DNA of 64,000 bases. It comes from Phoronis australis (lineage: Eukaryota > Animalia > Phoronida). Under the pieces are notes generated by a model, which saw nothing but the letters and a program-made list of their open reading frames with translations, did no database searches and had not been told where the DNA came from. The translations under genes were made by a program, and so were the position numbers. Position 1 is the first letter of the stretch. Every line of letters begins with the position of its first letter. Positions 1 through 13,243 of the stretch are shown here, piece by piece. The stretch is taken from assembly GCA_002633005.1 (NCBI GenBank), contig NMRA01000049.1:1036011-1100010 (forward strand), written 5' to 3'.

Positions 1-401
1 TAAAGGAAGCAATAACAAGATTGAGGGACATCTCATTTGACAACATGCGAGTCATCTTCACTGGACATGAACTGTGTAATGACCAACTCATTCAGGTGTG
101 AGGGCTATACCTCCAATATAATGTCTAGTTTGGTAAAAGATTTCATGTTCACTTCCGAAAATTCAAAATTACTTCTGTCAGAAATTTCCGACAAGCAACC
201 GTTGTTAGTGTCTATCAGTGCACATTATGTGTCAAAGTGTGTTGTTTGGCGTTTGTACAAAAGGGCTGCTCTTGTAACCCCTCATCTCTATTCATGTTGT
301 GTCAATCAGTCAGTCAAGTATTTTTAAAGTAATTTTGGAAATGAAAATTCTCATGCTATGCAGGATTACACAAAATTTACCATTTCTCCTTGCTTTTTCA
401 G

Positions 402-3400
402 GATGTTGACTTAGGCCATTTTAGTGTTCTACATGTTGTGCAATGCTGCACAAATGGAACTCCAACCACAAAGCAACGACTGCTGTCTCCAGGTACTTTT
501 AAGGCTGCAATGCTACAGTGCTTTTCTCACCTACATCAGTCACATTCTGTTAATATCTTTTAGTTACTATGACCTCACATGGAATTCTGACATCAGGTAC
601 TGAAGTGACATTGGTGACCTCTTGTGTAGACTTGCTGTGCTATCTAGGCACCACTGGAGAACTCAGTTAATTCATCATATAAACTCAACATTTTTATCAA
701 TGTAAATATTGAGTTACGCATTTTTGCTGTCACGTGTACTACCATACGTCTTTATTTGACATGTACACGGACTATGCTCAGTCATGTCTCTGTTTACATG
801 CAACATTTTCCTGAATCAAATGGTAATTATTGTACATTCAGATAATGTGAATAGTTGTTCAAATTCTACTTTCAGACTACCAGACTAGATACTATGTGTA
901 CTGCAGGGACAGGTGTCACCGGGTTGTGCCAGCTAAACTGAGAGTCAGGTGTAAAACGTGCAAACAAGGCTCATTAACTGTTTCTACAGTGAGTCCTTGC
1001 ATGTAAATGTTTCTCCTGTCTGGGTTAAATCTCAGGAAATTAACACGTAGGTTGAGAAATTGAAAAGTTGACATGGTCATTGGCCAATCCTGAGGCATTT
1101 AAAGTAATTTGTGATAAGGCTTGTTGACCATTTTTCGAGGTGACTGGTTGGTAGGCAAGCATTCAATCATTTAATGGGAATTTACCATGATTTTACAATA
1201 CAATATATCATGGTTGCATGAAACAAAAACTAACATGATTTACACCCTTACGCACACAATCACACGCAAGCATATTTGCCACATAGGTATTAAACTGAGC
1301 AAAGAGGGCATTGTTTTCTGGCGTAATGGAAAATATCAGAAAGGACGATTCAAAAGCGGCTTTAGGAGTTTTGGACCCGCGTAGTTTAGTATTAAATTAA
1401 CTTGAATCAAAATAAATTGTAATAATACTTGAAAGTTAATTTTGTTTGTTTTATTTGTCATGCAGGAACCAAGTTGCTGGGAGGATGTTTTAACTCCTGG
1501 TCTTATTTTGGGTCACTGTCAGTCAAATAGCTGTCAAGGCTCACAAGCAGTAAGTTGTACAGTGCTTTGACTTGTGGTAATTGAGCCGAAGATAAAATAG
1601 TAATACCTAACCAATTATGGATTATGGCATTCACAACTATGTTAGTAACAAAAACGATCTGATTCAGTTAAAGCTGTTGTGTTGGAAATTGGTGAGAATT
1701 GCACCGTAATACCTTTTCAAGATATTTTAACATGTCAAGGATACCAAGTTTGTGTTTAGACCACTTATGTATTGGGCTGAAAACAGGTCACAATTGGTTC
1801 CTCAGAAGCAATTTATTCACTTGGAAGAACATACAACATATTGCTAGCTACTACTGGCCATGAGTGGTCACCACGTTTATGTGCAACAAATAGTGTTACT
1901 TAGTCTGCTTTATGCTTGTTTTAACACTAGGTGGAGTTAGTGTTGTATGACCTTGGACGTTCAGTGTGCATGGCTTTAAATTTCCAATAAGATCTTGCAC
2001 TCTTGCTTAGTGTTGCGTGTTGTAGCACTGTGAAAGGATCATGTAGCATGGGTTCGCATCATTTGGTGAGCAGAACAAAGTAATTTTCGGACATTTTTAT
2101 TGGTTTGAAAATAATCAGACATTCCAGTAGGTTGTGATGTGTAGAAGTGCACAAGAATACTGCTCCATCTATTGAGAAATGTGCCTCATGGCTTCCAGTT
2201 GCTCCAACAACAAAATCAGGCTAAATGGATGCATTTCACACTAGCTCATGTTTTGCTACACTTGCTGAATCTATTGATTTATTATCTTTTGGAACAGAAA
2301 CCAGTAAGACAAGATTTTACGAGCTTTCGCTATTTTTTAATTTTTTTCAACAAACACGTCTCTTAAATGAACTTTGGCAAAAATAGGCGGTTCTGCATGT
2401 AGCTCATTGACTCAGGCAAGTGTCCTGTTATCCAAAGAATTTATTCCTCTTTCCATTGTCAACCACGTTACACAACATGCACCACAAGGGCCCCAAGAAA
2501 CGACTGAGTAAAGGCAGGCTAGAGGAGGTGCAAACTGATATGGTGCTCACCTCCACAACCAATCTGGTTCCTTGTGTAAATACCAGTTTGTTTTTTGCAC
2601 TACATCTTATCTCCTGACCTACAACTATGAAATTCAATGCTTCTAACACCTTGGGATTACAATATCCACGTTCCAAGTGTTCACGAAAAATGTCCAAATC
2701 AAGGATTGTGTATACTGATGCCCATTCACTGATTTTTGCATGAAGGTCATCGTCCTTTCACAGGTTTTCTCTCTCATATAGATGGCGCTGTGGCAGACAG
2801 TAATAAGGTTTTTGGGAAACGTTCAATTGCGTGAAATGTCTTCAAATGCCTGCAGCAGCAAGTTTTGTATATCATCGTCCTTTAGTTTAATGTGTTCATT
2901 TATTCACACATTCACTGTCAGTTTCATATCTTAATCACAGAAATAAAGGAACCATATTCACTGGAGCTCATCTGTCATTAAGTTTCACTAATCCGTAGTT
3001 TTTGTAAGAATATATTTTCAACATTGTAATATAAGAATTTTAAATTATTTTTTTTCACATTCAATACACAGGAGAGGCTCTGTCAATCTTCATCAATCAG
3101 ATCCTGAATCTGTGTCAACATGAATGTCGTAGAAAAAAGATCAATATAAAAGTACCTAATTCATAACACATTTCAGCTGCCTTCCAGTTTCAGAATGTTT
3201 CTGTACTGTAGTTACCATGTTATTCCGCTGATTTTTACAGGAATTTTACTTCAAGTGTGCCAACCATTCGTCATCTGAGAGCGCTGTGGTGCTGTATCTA
3301 GTCAAATCCAATACTCAACATGTTCACTGCATCACATGTGCCGACATTCGGTAAGTGAGGACATTGCTTTGACTTTTGTTATTATATTCATTGCTTTTGG

Positions 3401-6400
3401 CTTCATACCATGTCTGTCTGGGATAATCCCAATGTTTAGCTAAACACCCGCCCCTGCATTCATTTTGAACCCCTATAATGTGTTCTACTTGTCATAATGC
3501 TGCACCTTGAATAATGCATTTTCTCGATTGAATGCTTGCTGAATGCATACAGCATTGTTTTCCATTGTCTTTTCAGTTGACAGATTTAGTGGCTTGTTTT
3601 GTTCTCTTGACTGTCCAGTCAATTATCCATCTGTTTACCGTCTTGAAAATTAAAGTTAATTTGTGTGTGTTTTTACTCAACTGCAGAGATTTGTGATTGA
3701 TATCCAAGACCTGCTTGTCAATTTTAGCAAAAGGGGAAATGGTGTTTTATATTGACAAAGTAAATCTGCGTAATTGTGATTAGTGTTGTTTTACATGGTT
3801 GGGCTCTGACATGTCTGAAAAGACACCGACTGTTTGTAAATTACTGGAAAGAGACATTTATAGTTTTTTTATTGTGTTGAATTTGTTTACTTTAACTAAA
3901 TGTACTGTCTTCTAAAGTCGCTTTTCCATTTGGGGAACTTCGGTTTCCTGAAGCTTTACCAAAACTTTGCTTACCTTTCCCACTTAACAGCAGTATTGAA
4001 ATTATTGCTATGACAACAGATGACGCAGTTCATTTGTACTCTCAACCGAATATTGGCTAGTGGGTTCGAGGCTAACTGAAAATTGTTTTCCAGCCACTAA
4101 CGAGTATTTATGGAATGATCAGTGTCATTCTTCATCAGATAATGCTTTCTTTTATTTATTTATGTCACTGTATTGAGATCATGTTGGCTACACTATATAA
4201 CAGAGAACGCGTTTTGCGAGTCTCGGGTGATCATATATTGTTGATGCGACCTCTGTCAATAACTTCAATGAAGCTTTGCTAAATTAACTGTTCCCACTAC
4301 ACCAAAGTATCAGTGAGTACCGGAGCTTCACTTTTACACCCTACTATTTTAAGCAAAGTTTCACTTGCTTGTTTACTACTGGAGTTAACCTTTCCCACTT
4401 ACCGAAACTTCGGTAAAAGCAAAGTTTTGCTTCTTGTGGGAAAGCGACATCACTTCAGTTTGTGCTAGATGTTACTAATATGCGATTTACAAATTTCTTT
4501 AAAGTGTATTTTGCTGATTACAAATACTTATTATACCTTTTAATCACACGAAACACTTTCATAATTTGTCTGTTTCCCCCCTTATTCAGTAGCCCTGTGC
4601 TGGTCTTCCCATGTCATGATAGACACACTATTTGCCTGGAGTGCTTCAAGCTGTATTGCTCATCTCGTCTGAATGAGAGAGGCTTTATCCTTGATCCTGA
4701 TATTGGGTTTACACTGGGATGCCCAGGTGAGAGACCAAGAGATAGCAAAGTTGTCCCATTCTTCAGTGAAGGTTCAGAGACTCTGATTTTCCATTTTTAA
4801 ATATTTTTTCCATTTCGTAAGTTAGCAAATTCCATTTCATCTCTAATTTCAAGGTGAGAAATTGAAATTAGACCAGGGAATAGCCTTACATTTTTGCTAA
4901 ATTATGCCACAGCAGCATTTCACTGATAACTTGCTGCATGGCCATTTTTATGGTTTCTTAAAACCGCAAAAAGAGCAGCGCCACCTTCAGAAAGAGTGAA
5001 CAATAACATGTTTTCTTCAAATCAACTGTCGGCTGATTTGTGGCCAGAATCGTGCAATTTAATGAATAACATTCTTAATGATTGGTTAGTCTTCACAAGT
5101 TTGACTTTTTTGAGTTTTCTTGAGTGTATTTGCTTCATCTTTGATTAAGTGGTGATTGAACAGTGAATTTGTTTTACTTTTCACATAGCATTACAGCTTC
5201 CAAGTCTTCCCAAGGCATTCCGTTTTCTCTTTGTTACAATTCCTGCTGTAAACCAATAATTGACAAGTAAGCACAGTATCCCGAACAACAATAATTCTTC
5301 GAGATAAACAAGTCATGTAATCGCTAAGTTTATTGTGGATTTCACCATTTTTGCTTATAGTTTAGAAAATATCAGTTCCTGATATATTTGTTAAAGCATC
5401 TTAAAATGGCAAGGAAAATTATTGCTCATCTACTTAAAAGTGAACCTGAGATTGTGTAAATTGTGTATAATAGTCAGATCTATTGAATAATCCATACTAT
5501 TTCTGTTGTTTCAGCTGGTTGTGATAATTCACTAATCCGAGAAGTTCACCATTTTAGAATGCTTGGAGATGAGCAGGTAGGTCAACAAGTTTCATTTGCT
5601 TTTCAAAATTTATTTTCTTGGCAATTTTTTTCTTTGCTGGTACGTCTTATGAGTCATAAAAGAAAAATACAGTTTGTCTGTAAAAGAAAAATAATTGTCT
5701 ATTAACTTCATATGAGTGATATTTGGGGTAAATATTCAGGATTTTAATGTAAACCTAGGCTGCAACAAGTTTGTGAAGTGCTGTAACTTGTAAGCTCCAA
5801 TCAGAATAAGTTTTTAGCCATCTTGTAGACATGCTTGCTGTTGATGGGCTTTCAATTTACCCTTATTGTATTTTTTTTAATACATAATTGTTGGTATTTT
5901 TGATTTCAGTATGAACGATATAAAAACTTTGGAGCAGAGGAGTGCCTTCTGCACAGTGGGGGTTTATTCTGTCCAGCTCCAGGGTGTGGAGCAGGTCTGT
6001 TCCCCGAGGGTGACGGTCGACGTGTTGTGTGTGAGCCATCACAAGGCTGTGGGGTAATATTGTTTGTGATCCTGCCCTTAACTATGAGCAAGAGAATAAC
6101 TCATAGTTCACATTTGATTGACAAAATCATGCGCTAAAGGTCTTCACATGACCGAAAAATGCATTAATATAATGTGATTATAGACCAAGTGTTTATAAAC
6201 AAGAGCAACGTAATCACATTTTATTTAATCGTGCTATTCAGAGTCAAAACTTTGTTTTTGTAGTTACCAATGGTGATCCTCAGAAAATGATGTTTTGACA
6301 ATATTGTATACATTCGTACTCTAGACTTGCCTTCTGTCTCGATAAACTTGTATAATTGTTGCAAAATACAATCAAATTTAAACACTGGCTAACTTAATGC

Positions 6401-9400
6401 ACTCATTTATAACTGTTTTTCTGATAGTAATGTGAAAAAATCATTTGCTTAAAGCATGCCTTTCCACGAGCAAAAGACTTCTATGTCCAATATTCATGAC
6501 TGTACTTTAAAATTTCTTTTAGGTTAGTATCAAAAATTCATATTTTCAGGCTGTAGTTAACAAAAATGAGCATTTAGATTTGTGAAAACAGAATATTATT
6601 TTAAATCAATAAAATTTGTCAGCACTTTACACAGTCTTGTTTTTAATGGTATGCAAAGAAGTTAAATTTGTGTTGGTTATCAAAGCAGCTGTAAACCTTG
6701 TCCTGTTGTGAAAACAAGAAGCATTCTTATTGTTTTTTGAACTGAATTGTTTTTACAATTAAACGCCTGGGATTCTGCTGAAGACCCTTCTGTTTCAGTG
6801 GTTCAAACTAATTCGACATGACAAGTGTTGTAACGACCTCTGTTTGAAACTAATAATCACCTGTCAGTTCTCAAGTGTAAAAATTTTAATTTAACATGAA
6901 CGAGCAAAAAAACTTGAGACCAATTTCGTAACGACAGGTGTCCAAAATGGGAAGAACATTTTTAACACAAGATGTGGGTTAGTTGCACCTTTGATATTCA
7001 CTAATTGTTTTAAACTGAGCTGCCAGGATGTTCTATGTTCCAGGGTTTGTTACTTGGTATGTAATGTGCATTCTTTTGTTATTTCCTTTTCAGCTTGTTT
7101 TCTGCAGAGTTTGCCTCCAGGCCTTTCATCCCGGTGACTGTCATACTACATCATCTTCTGCTGATGCTACTAATAAAAAGGTAAATGGTATAATTTTGTT
7201 AAAGACACCATATAGTTCATTTTCTCTAAACTAAAAACATGGAATCAGTTTTGAGATGTATCTCTAAAATACAAACATTGCACTGTACAGTAACTACCTG
7301 TGTTTGTTTGCTTTCAATTGTCTTTAAAGCTGCTTTAAATCTGCATTTGGTTGTAAAAGAACCTACTGTTCATTTGAACCACATTCCACTATAAATGTGG
7401 TTTTAATTTGTTCCTTAGTACGTGGGTCATGAAAGATTTCTTGTGTTGGGGAGAACTGCCTGTTGGTAGTGTAGTGCTTGGGACTATACTTGGGGCAATA
7501 TGGACCAAAAGTGGTGCAATGTGGACCTTACTTGGTGCAATGTGGGCCATACTTGGTGCAATATGGACCATAGTGGATGCAATATGAACCATAGTGGATG
7601 CAATATGGACCATATTTGGTGCAATATGGACCATACTTGATGCAGTATGGACCATAGTGGATGCAATATGGACCATAGTGGATGCAATATGGACCATATT
7701 TGGTGCAATATGGACCATACTTGGTTTAATATGGACCATTCTTGGTGCAATATGGACCACAGTGGATGCAATATGGACCATACTGGATGCAATGTGGACC
7801 ATACTTGGTGCAACATGGACCATACTGGATGCAATATGGACCATACTTAGTGCAATATGCACCATACTTGGTGGAATATGTGACACGTCATGGCAAGTGA
7901 AGTTATCAAGCTTGATCTCAAGCAGCAGCGAACTGTCAGATCTTCTCAGTCTCAGGAATCTTAATTTGTGAAACAAACAGTTTAAGACCAGATTTACAAT
8001 AAGTGCCCTTAAAAATTAACTTTAAGATGGAAGACATATTTTTAGCCACCTTAAGTTTTTGAAAGTGAAGGTCACTGTTATTCATCCTCATCGGTCATTC
8101 TGTGTTGCACCACATGTAAATCAAAAATTAAACTTTAAATTCTGTTTTAAAATTAAAATAAAATTTCTAGTCCACAAAACAGGACTCAAATTTTTGTCTG
8201 ACCAACCAGAAAATTGCTGTTAGTTTGCTGGTCTTTAGCAGACCAGCAGCAGACAGCACTGGTGACTGCAGTGCAGTCTTCAATGCCAAGTCTTGTCTGC
8301 CCACCAGCCATTTGCTGACCAGTTTTACTGCGGTCAGCTGTTACTGTTAGTCTATGGCCCTGACCACATGATTTGTCAATGTTATAGCCTTGTCAAGTTG
8401 CAGCTATATATTAATATGTTGTTGAAAAAAGTCAAACAGGATAATCAAAAGGGAAAAACAACCATTATTTTGTTAATTGAAAACATTCAAAACATTAAAT
8501 TTTGTGCATTCGTTTCAGACTATAGATCTTCAACAAGCTGAAAGAGCTAGGTGGGATAGTCAAAGTAGAGAAACAATTGTCAAAACTACCAAGCCATGTC
8601 CCAATTGTAAAATACCTGTGGAAAAGAATGGTAGGTCCAAAAGCGTGTTATTGTACAAGAAATTTATAGCACATTCAGTTATCTATCCTTGGAACAAAGT
8701 TGAAAAATATTCAGCTTTGGGTCAAAATAAAATCTGACACAAAATTATTGCCATTAAAAGCTATGCTCTTCCTTATCAAGTAAATTATCTTGGTTACCAA
8801 AGCTAAAAAATTGTTATTTGGCTGCTAAATTTGTGAAGTGATCATATGCATTGGCTTTGAGTGCCCATGGCCCTATTGGCCATTTTCTGCAACAATTTTT
8901 CAGTATACTGTTCTCTGTCTATCAGTTGATATTTAATTTGAAACAAAATAATATGGCTTTTATCTTTGTTGCAATTTTGAGCAATTCTAAATTAATAGTA
9001 GTTCCATAAAGTTGTTATGGTTGCCAATACTTCGCTTAACTATCAAAACAAGAAATTGAGCAAATGGTGATTGTGCATTTCACAAGTGTGTTGCTTTTAT
9101 GTGGACGACAGGCTTTTTGGAAATAGTCACCTACAGGGGTCCCGGATTTTGAGAACCAGTTTGATGCCCGTTACTCAGTGGTGAAAACCGGTTCTCAAAA
9201 ATGCACAACCCCTGTAGGTGACTATTTTTTACTTTTTTGCTTCAAATACAGGTGTCCGGTACAAGTGACGTTGATGAAACTGTTTCTTATTAAACCATAA
9301 TGGATAAAATAAGCATAGTTTTAATGACTGGCCTACGAAAAGTATGGGTGGTCGGGTGCTCTGTATTTTGGTAAAAAAAATGTTGTGAGATGATTGCAAA

Positions 9401-9859
9401 TTAAGTTTCTTGAGAGGACTGAAAAAGATGACTTTTTTTATTTCTGTCACCATTTTCTTACTTGCATCAATTTAGAGCTATGTTATGACATTCAGCCATA
9501 TTCTGTAACCTGTACTGTTGTTATAACTCTTCTGGTATTTTATAATCACTTTAGTTTCCTGACAAATCAGGACACTGGCTGCATCAGAGTAGGTATTGTG
9601 AATACAAAGAGACTGGTCCCATATTCATAGATACCAACGCTGGTGCAATTTTCAAACTTTACCTCATGTTTTCAATTACCATCGTCAGTTCTTGTAATGA
9701 GTGCTAATGACTTGTCAATAGTCTGGCTATATCTCTGTCTTTGTCTCACTCCCAGGTGGTTGTATGCATATGGTATGCTCCAGGTGCAGATATCAATGGT
9801 GCTGGTCGTGTTCAGTCGAGTGGAACAGAGACTGTCAGGGGAACCACTGGTTTGGTTAG
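402..9859 (+). CDS. PRKN: E3 ubiquitin-protein ligase parkin (RBR), 5'-partial; exons 402-492, 876-988, 1466-1549, 3241-3350, 4590-4726, 5515-5576, 5910-6053, 7094-7180, 8519-8630, 9756-9859
   Basis: Ten GT-AG exons join in frame (1044 nt, 347 aa plus stop). They encode the Ubl C-terminus [14 protein letters not shown] (Ser65 equivalent), RING0 [35 protein letters not shown]1 [62 protein letters not shown] and RING2 [39 protein letters not shown]. Exon sizes of 84, 137 and 62 nt match human PRKN exons 5, 7 and 8. The start and most of the Ubl lie upstream of the window. Confidence 0.97.
3917..4448 (+). mobile_element. MITE family B copy 1 (non-autonomous DNA transposon, parkin intron)
   Basis: Terminal inverted repeats GTCGCTTTTCCA...TGGGAAAGCGAC with internal CTTTCCCACT sub-repeats. 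The body is clearly homologous to 49515-49952. Confidence 0.75.
7485..7875. repeat. 21-bp minisatellite (~18 units, GCAATATGGACCATA(GTGGAT/CTTGGT)) in parkin intron
   Basis: Directly visible tandem 21-nt period with two interspersed unit variants. It generates the heptad-repeat ORFs in the track (7389-7976, 7484-7834, 7594-7971, 7647-7850). Confidence 0.95.
9121..9227. repeat. ~107-bp hairpin / mini-foldback in last parkin intron
   Basis: AAATAGTCACCTACAGGGGT pairs perfectly with ACCCCTGTAGGTGACTATTT. There is an inner stem TTTTGAGAACC / GGTTCTCAAAA. Confidence 0.85.
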
Positions 9860-10369
9860 TGAATTAGTGACTGATGTGATTTGATCAAGAAGCACTGAAA
9901 ATGTCCAAGAACTCAATGATTCGGTTCTTAACCAAGTGGATTGATGTTGAGACTGAGTTGCTGCGTGGACCAATACTAAGCCATACTCTGCCTGGTTTGG
10001 CTGTAAAGCAAACTTGGATCAGTGGGAGTATATTTTGTGCTGCAGTGTGCCTTTATGAAATTAGCAAAGTTAAGCACTCAAACATTGAGATTGTAAAAGT
10101 TAAAAGACAACTGTCTAAATGATCAAGCTGATATAATGACCAGGTGTACATGGCTGGCCAATAGTCTCAGTCAGTGGCTGCAGGGTTATGGTGTTTTACA
10201 TCAAAAGTGCTTGTCATTTGAAAATATGTTGTTGGCATCTAGCCCTGTGAGTGATGTACAATCCACTACTTCAAATACTAGTACCCCATTCACAAACTGG
10301 CTAAAAGGCTAGAGTTTTTGATAGCACCTCATTAGTTGCAAAAACTCCAGTTATGTGAATGGTTACAAG

Positions 10370-10753
10370 CTGTGTTCGAACTTCAGTAAATAAATGTGCT
10401 GGCCCGCAGGGACAGTTAGTCTGAAATGTTAATAGCCCAGCTACCAAGTTGCTGGTCCTGCTTTTAACATCCTAATTACGTTTTTCTCAATCATTTCCAT
10501 TATTTTACACTAAATGCGAATGTGCTTGAGAACCTATTTGTTTTGTTATTAACTCTAGGTGAGGATTTATTGTCCACAAGGTTCAAAAGTAAACTCGTTC
10601 AAGAGGCAAACTAAATTAGTCGGTAGATCTTTTTTGAATTAATTGAATATGAGACCACATCCACATAGGACTGTCCTATATCTGTAAGTTACTGGCCCAC
10701 CGGGCCGCAAATCCGCTGGCTCCAGGCGCGGCAAGCGATTATTTCAAACGCTG
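10370..10753. mobile_element. hAT-like MITE downstream of parkin stop
   Basis: Imperfect TIR CTGTGTTCGAA ... TTCAAACGCTG. The 8-bp flanks GTTACAAG / GTTATAAC (6/8 identical) fit a decayed 8-bp target-site duplication (TSD). Subterminal CTGGCCC motifs are present. Confidence 0.55.
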
Positions 10754-13243
10754 GTTATAACTGTGGTGTGGAAACAAACCCTTGTTGCACAACTCGTCTT
10801 CCTTGCTAAAATGCGTTTTAGTGAAACTGCTGGGGTTTTCACCACTCATGTGAAGCTAGAATACCTTTACGTAAGTTGTAAACAAATATTGCTTGATCCA
10901 AATAGGTGATTGTGTTTTTAGGAGTGAGTCATGTTTTCAGATTTTTGTGGAACTCCATTTATCAGAATGTAAATGCACACAATAGACCCTTTACGTGATG
11001 TGAAGTAAGGTGGATTTTTGTCCCACTGCCTTTGGCGTCATATTGCTAACCTTGTGCTTCGCAGCGGTAAAACGTCGAAAGTTTGTAAGAACTCATGCGG
11101 ATTTTGCACATGCTTGGTGACAGACCTTACGTAAAGTTTTGCAGCAAAATGGTGATTTTGTTACTGCTCTCTAGTAAGTTTAAAAACACGAAAATGATCT
11201 ATTGTACTTATTGAGTTATAAATTAACATTGCAACATTTTGTCCATGCTCTGAGCATCTGTGACAGCATTTAGACCCTTACTATGCTTATCTATGACTGA
11301 CAGGAATCATGCAAAGATAACTTTACTTCTTTAAAGCCAAAGTAAAAGCAAAACATTGATTTTAGGCAATGATAAGTTCTGGCTGATATGTGCTTGTGCA
11401 TTTACATTTTTTAAGTTTTTAAACTTAAGTATTAAAATACTTGACGAAACTTGGCGGGAGTGAAGTTGCCCTCTTACCCTGCAGAAATGTTTAAGAACCC
11501 ATGATCGTTGTCTACATCAGACGATTATGGTTATTGCGGTGCCAAATCACTTATGCATAAAGTCAGTGATGTTTTTGACTGGTAATGAAATTGAAACGTG
11601 TTTTGCCTGTGTGGTACCACATTAATTCCAAAATTTTGGAATAGGCTAATTTTGCTGCCTTTTTGATAATTCTTGAATTTGGAACCTTGATGAATAATGA
11701 TTTACTAACTTTAACCATCAAAAATGATGTTTTAATGGTCAAAATTGCCCATGTTTTCCAAAGTTACGACCGTGTACCTTTGTTTCAACTCTTGATATGT
11801 TGCCCCGCCATCAATGCAATAAATTTAAATTTGATGTGCAGAGCTGAATAGCAGAATGGGCCATGCTGTGTATGTTAACAGGTCTGCATGGGTGGCTTTA
11901 AGTGAATATCCCAATGAGATGGCATCAGCAACTTGGCAAAACGATTCTTTTTAAAGGATGACCAGGTTTGGTCTGTCTGTAAGCTGAAAGTATTTTACTG
12001 TGGTATTTTGTGTGCTTCATTACAGGGAGTGACACGAGTCTTTAAGCAAGAATTCTGGAGCTATTTAACGTATTTAATAGTGATTGCCAATGGGTTAATT
12101 CTGTCTACTAGTATACGGCTCTTGTTGTAGAGGCCGATGATTGTCAGATATTCATTACAGCACCTTCACCCTCTACTTATGACATCATGTTTGGTGGAAA
12201 CTATTGCTGCTTCGTGACTACAGATTTATTCATTCTTTATTTTGCCGAAAAATGTTGACTTTTCTGCAGCCTTGGTCTAGAAAAATAAAAATCTACCACA
12301 ATTTAAAAAGTTTTTCATTTGCACACATCTGAATTGCAGAATTCACTTATTTGAAGTTTAAAACTGCTTGTTCTCAAAAAGACTAGTAGGTCTGTAAGTC
12401 ATACTGAAACCAAGGTGAAAGACATTGCAAGTAGCTATTGGTTATTACATGCCAGTTATAGCATGGACACACTGGGAAAATATGGCGAATTTGAAAACCA
12501 ACCAGTAGACGTAGTCACTCTAATCTCTTGCATATCACAACTTCATCCAGTTTTCTGTGTAGACGTCTGTAGATAGCGAAAATGTTCAAAATAGACAACA
12601 CTGTCGTGCTGAGCGTGGACTTCCTCTCTGAGTTTGCCTGGTTGGCTAATGTTACAAATCAATCTTGGTGAGCTTCACTAAAACATCGTTTTTATCACAT
12701 TTTGCATTGTCATTATCTCAGTTTGTCTTAATTGTAAACAAATGTCCACAATTAGTTTTTGAAGCATCAAAATTGACCCAGAAGTAGTAAAGTTACAACT
12801 TGTGCTAGCTGAAGTCTGAGGCCCACAGCTGACATGAGAACACATGACTCTATAACACGTATCTGTTACCAGTTGATATGGCCCAAAACCAATCATTTGA
12901 GGACAACATAGGTAACCTGTCTGATGATTCATACTTCATGCACACTTTGAGTTTCAATATATCACCAACTGCAATCATGTTTTTAGAACACGCTAAATAA
13001 TAAACAATTTTAATTAAAACAAAACAACTAGTTTAGTTAAAGCTTATTTAATTTCCCTAATTCAGTCAGTATCTGGACCGTGCAGCTGATCGACTGGGAA
13101 GTTTGTGAGACCTGCGTACTCCCCCGGTAGCTTCACTTGTTCAAAAAAATAAAAACACTCATTGAAGTCAACTGATTTGATTGCGATCACTACATCCGCT
13201 AGACGTCGTTTACTTAACCGACAGAGGGCAGGCATTATCCAAG

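Noticed and set aside
916-1098. Minus-strand ORFs opposite parkin exons (also 5906-6091) and plus-strand ORFs opposite TIGAR (23729-24022)
   Set aside because: They are antisense shadows of real coding exons.
7485-7875. CRISPR-like periodicity (also considered for 41215-41381 and 56111-59086)
   Set aside because: The repeats are contiguous with no unique spacers, there are no cas genes, and the context is eukaryotic introns.
7389-7976. 195-aa ORF and overlapping ORFs with heptad repeats
   Set aside because: They are a by-product of the 21-bp intronic minisatellite. There is no recognisable domain or splice context.
10983-12205. Possible large DNA-transposon remnant between parkin and LTO1
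   Set aside because: There is only weak end similarity. I could not establish a TIR, TSD or coding remnant.
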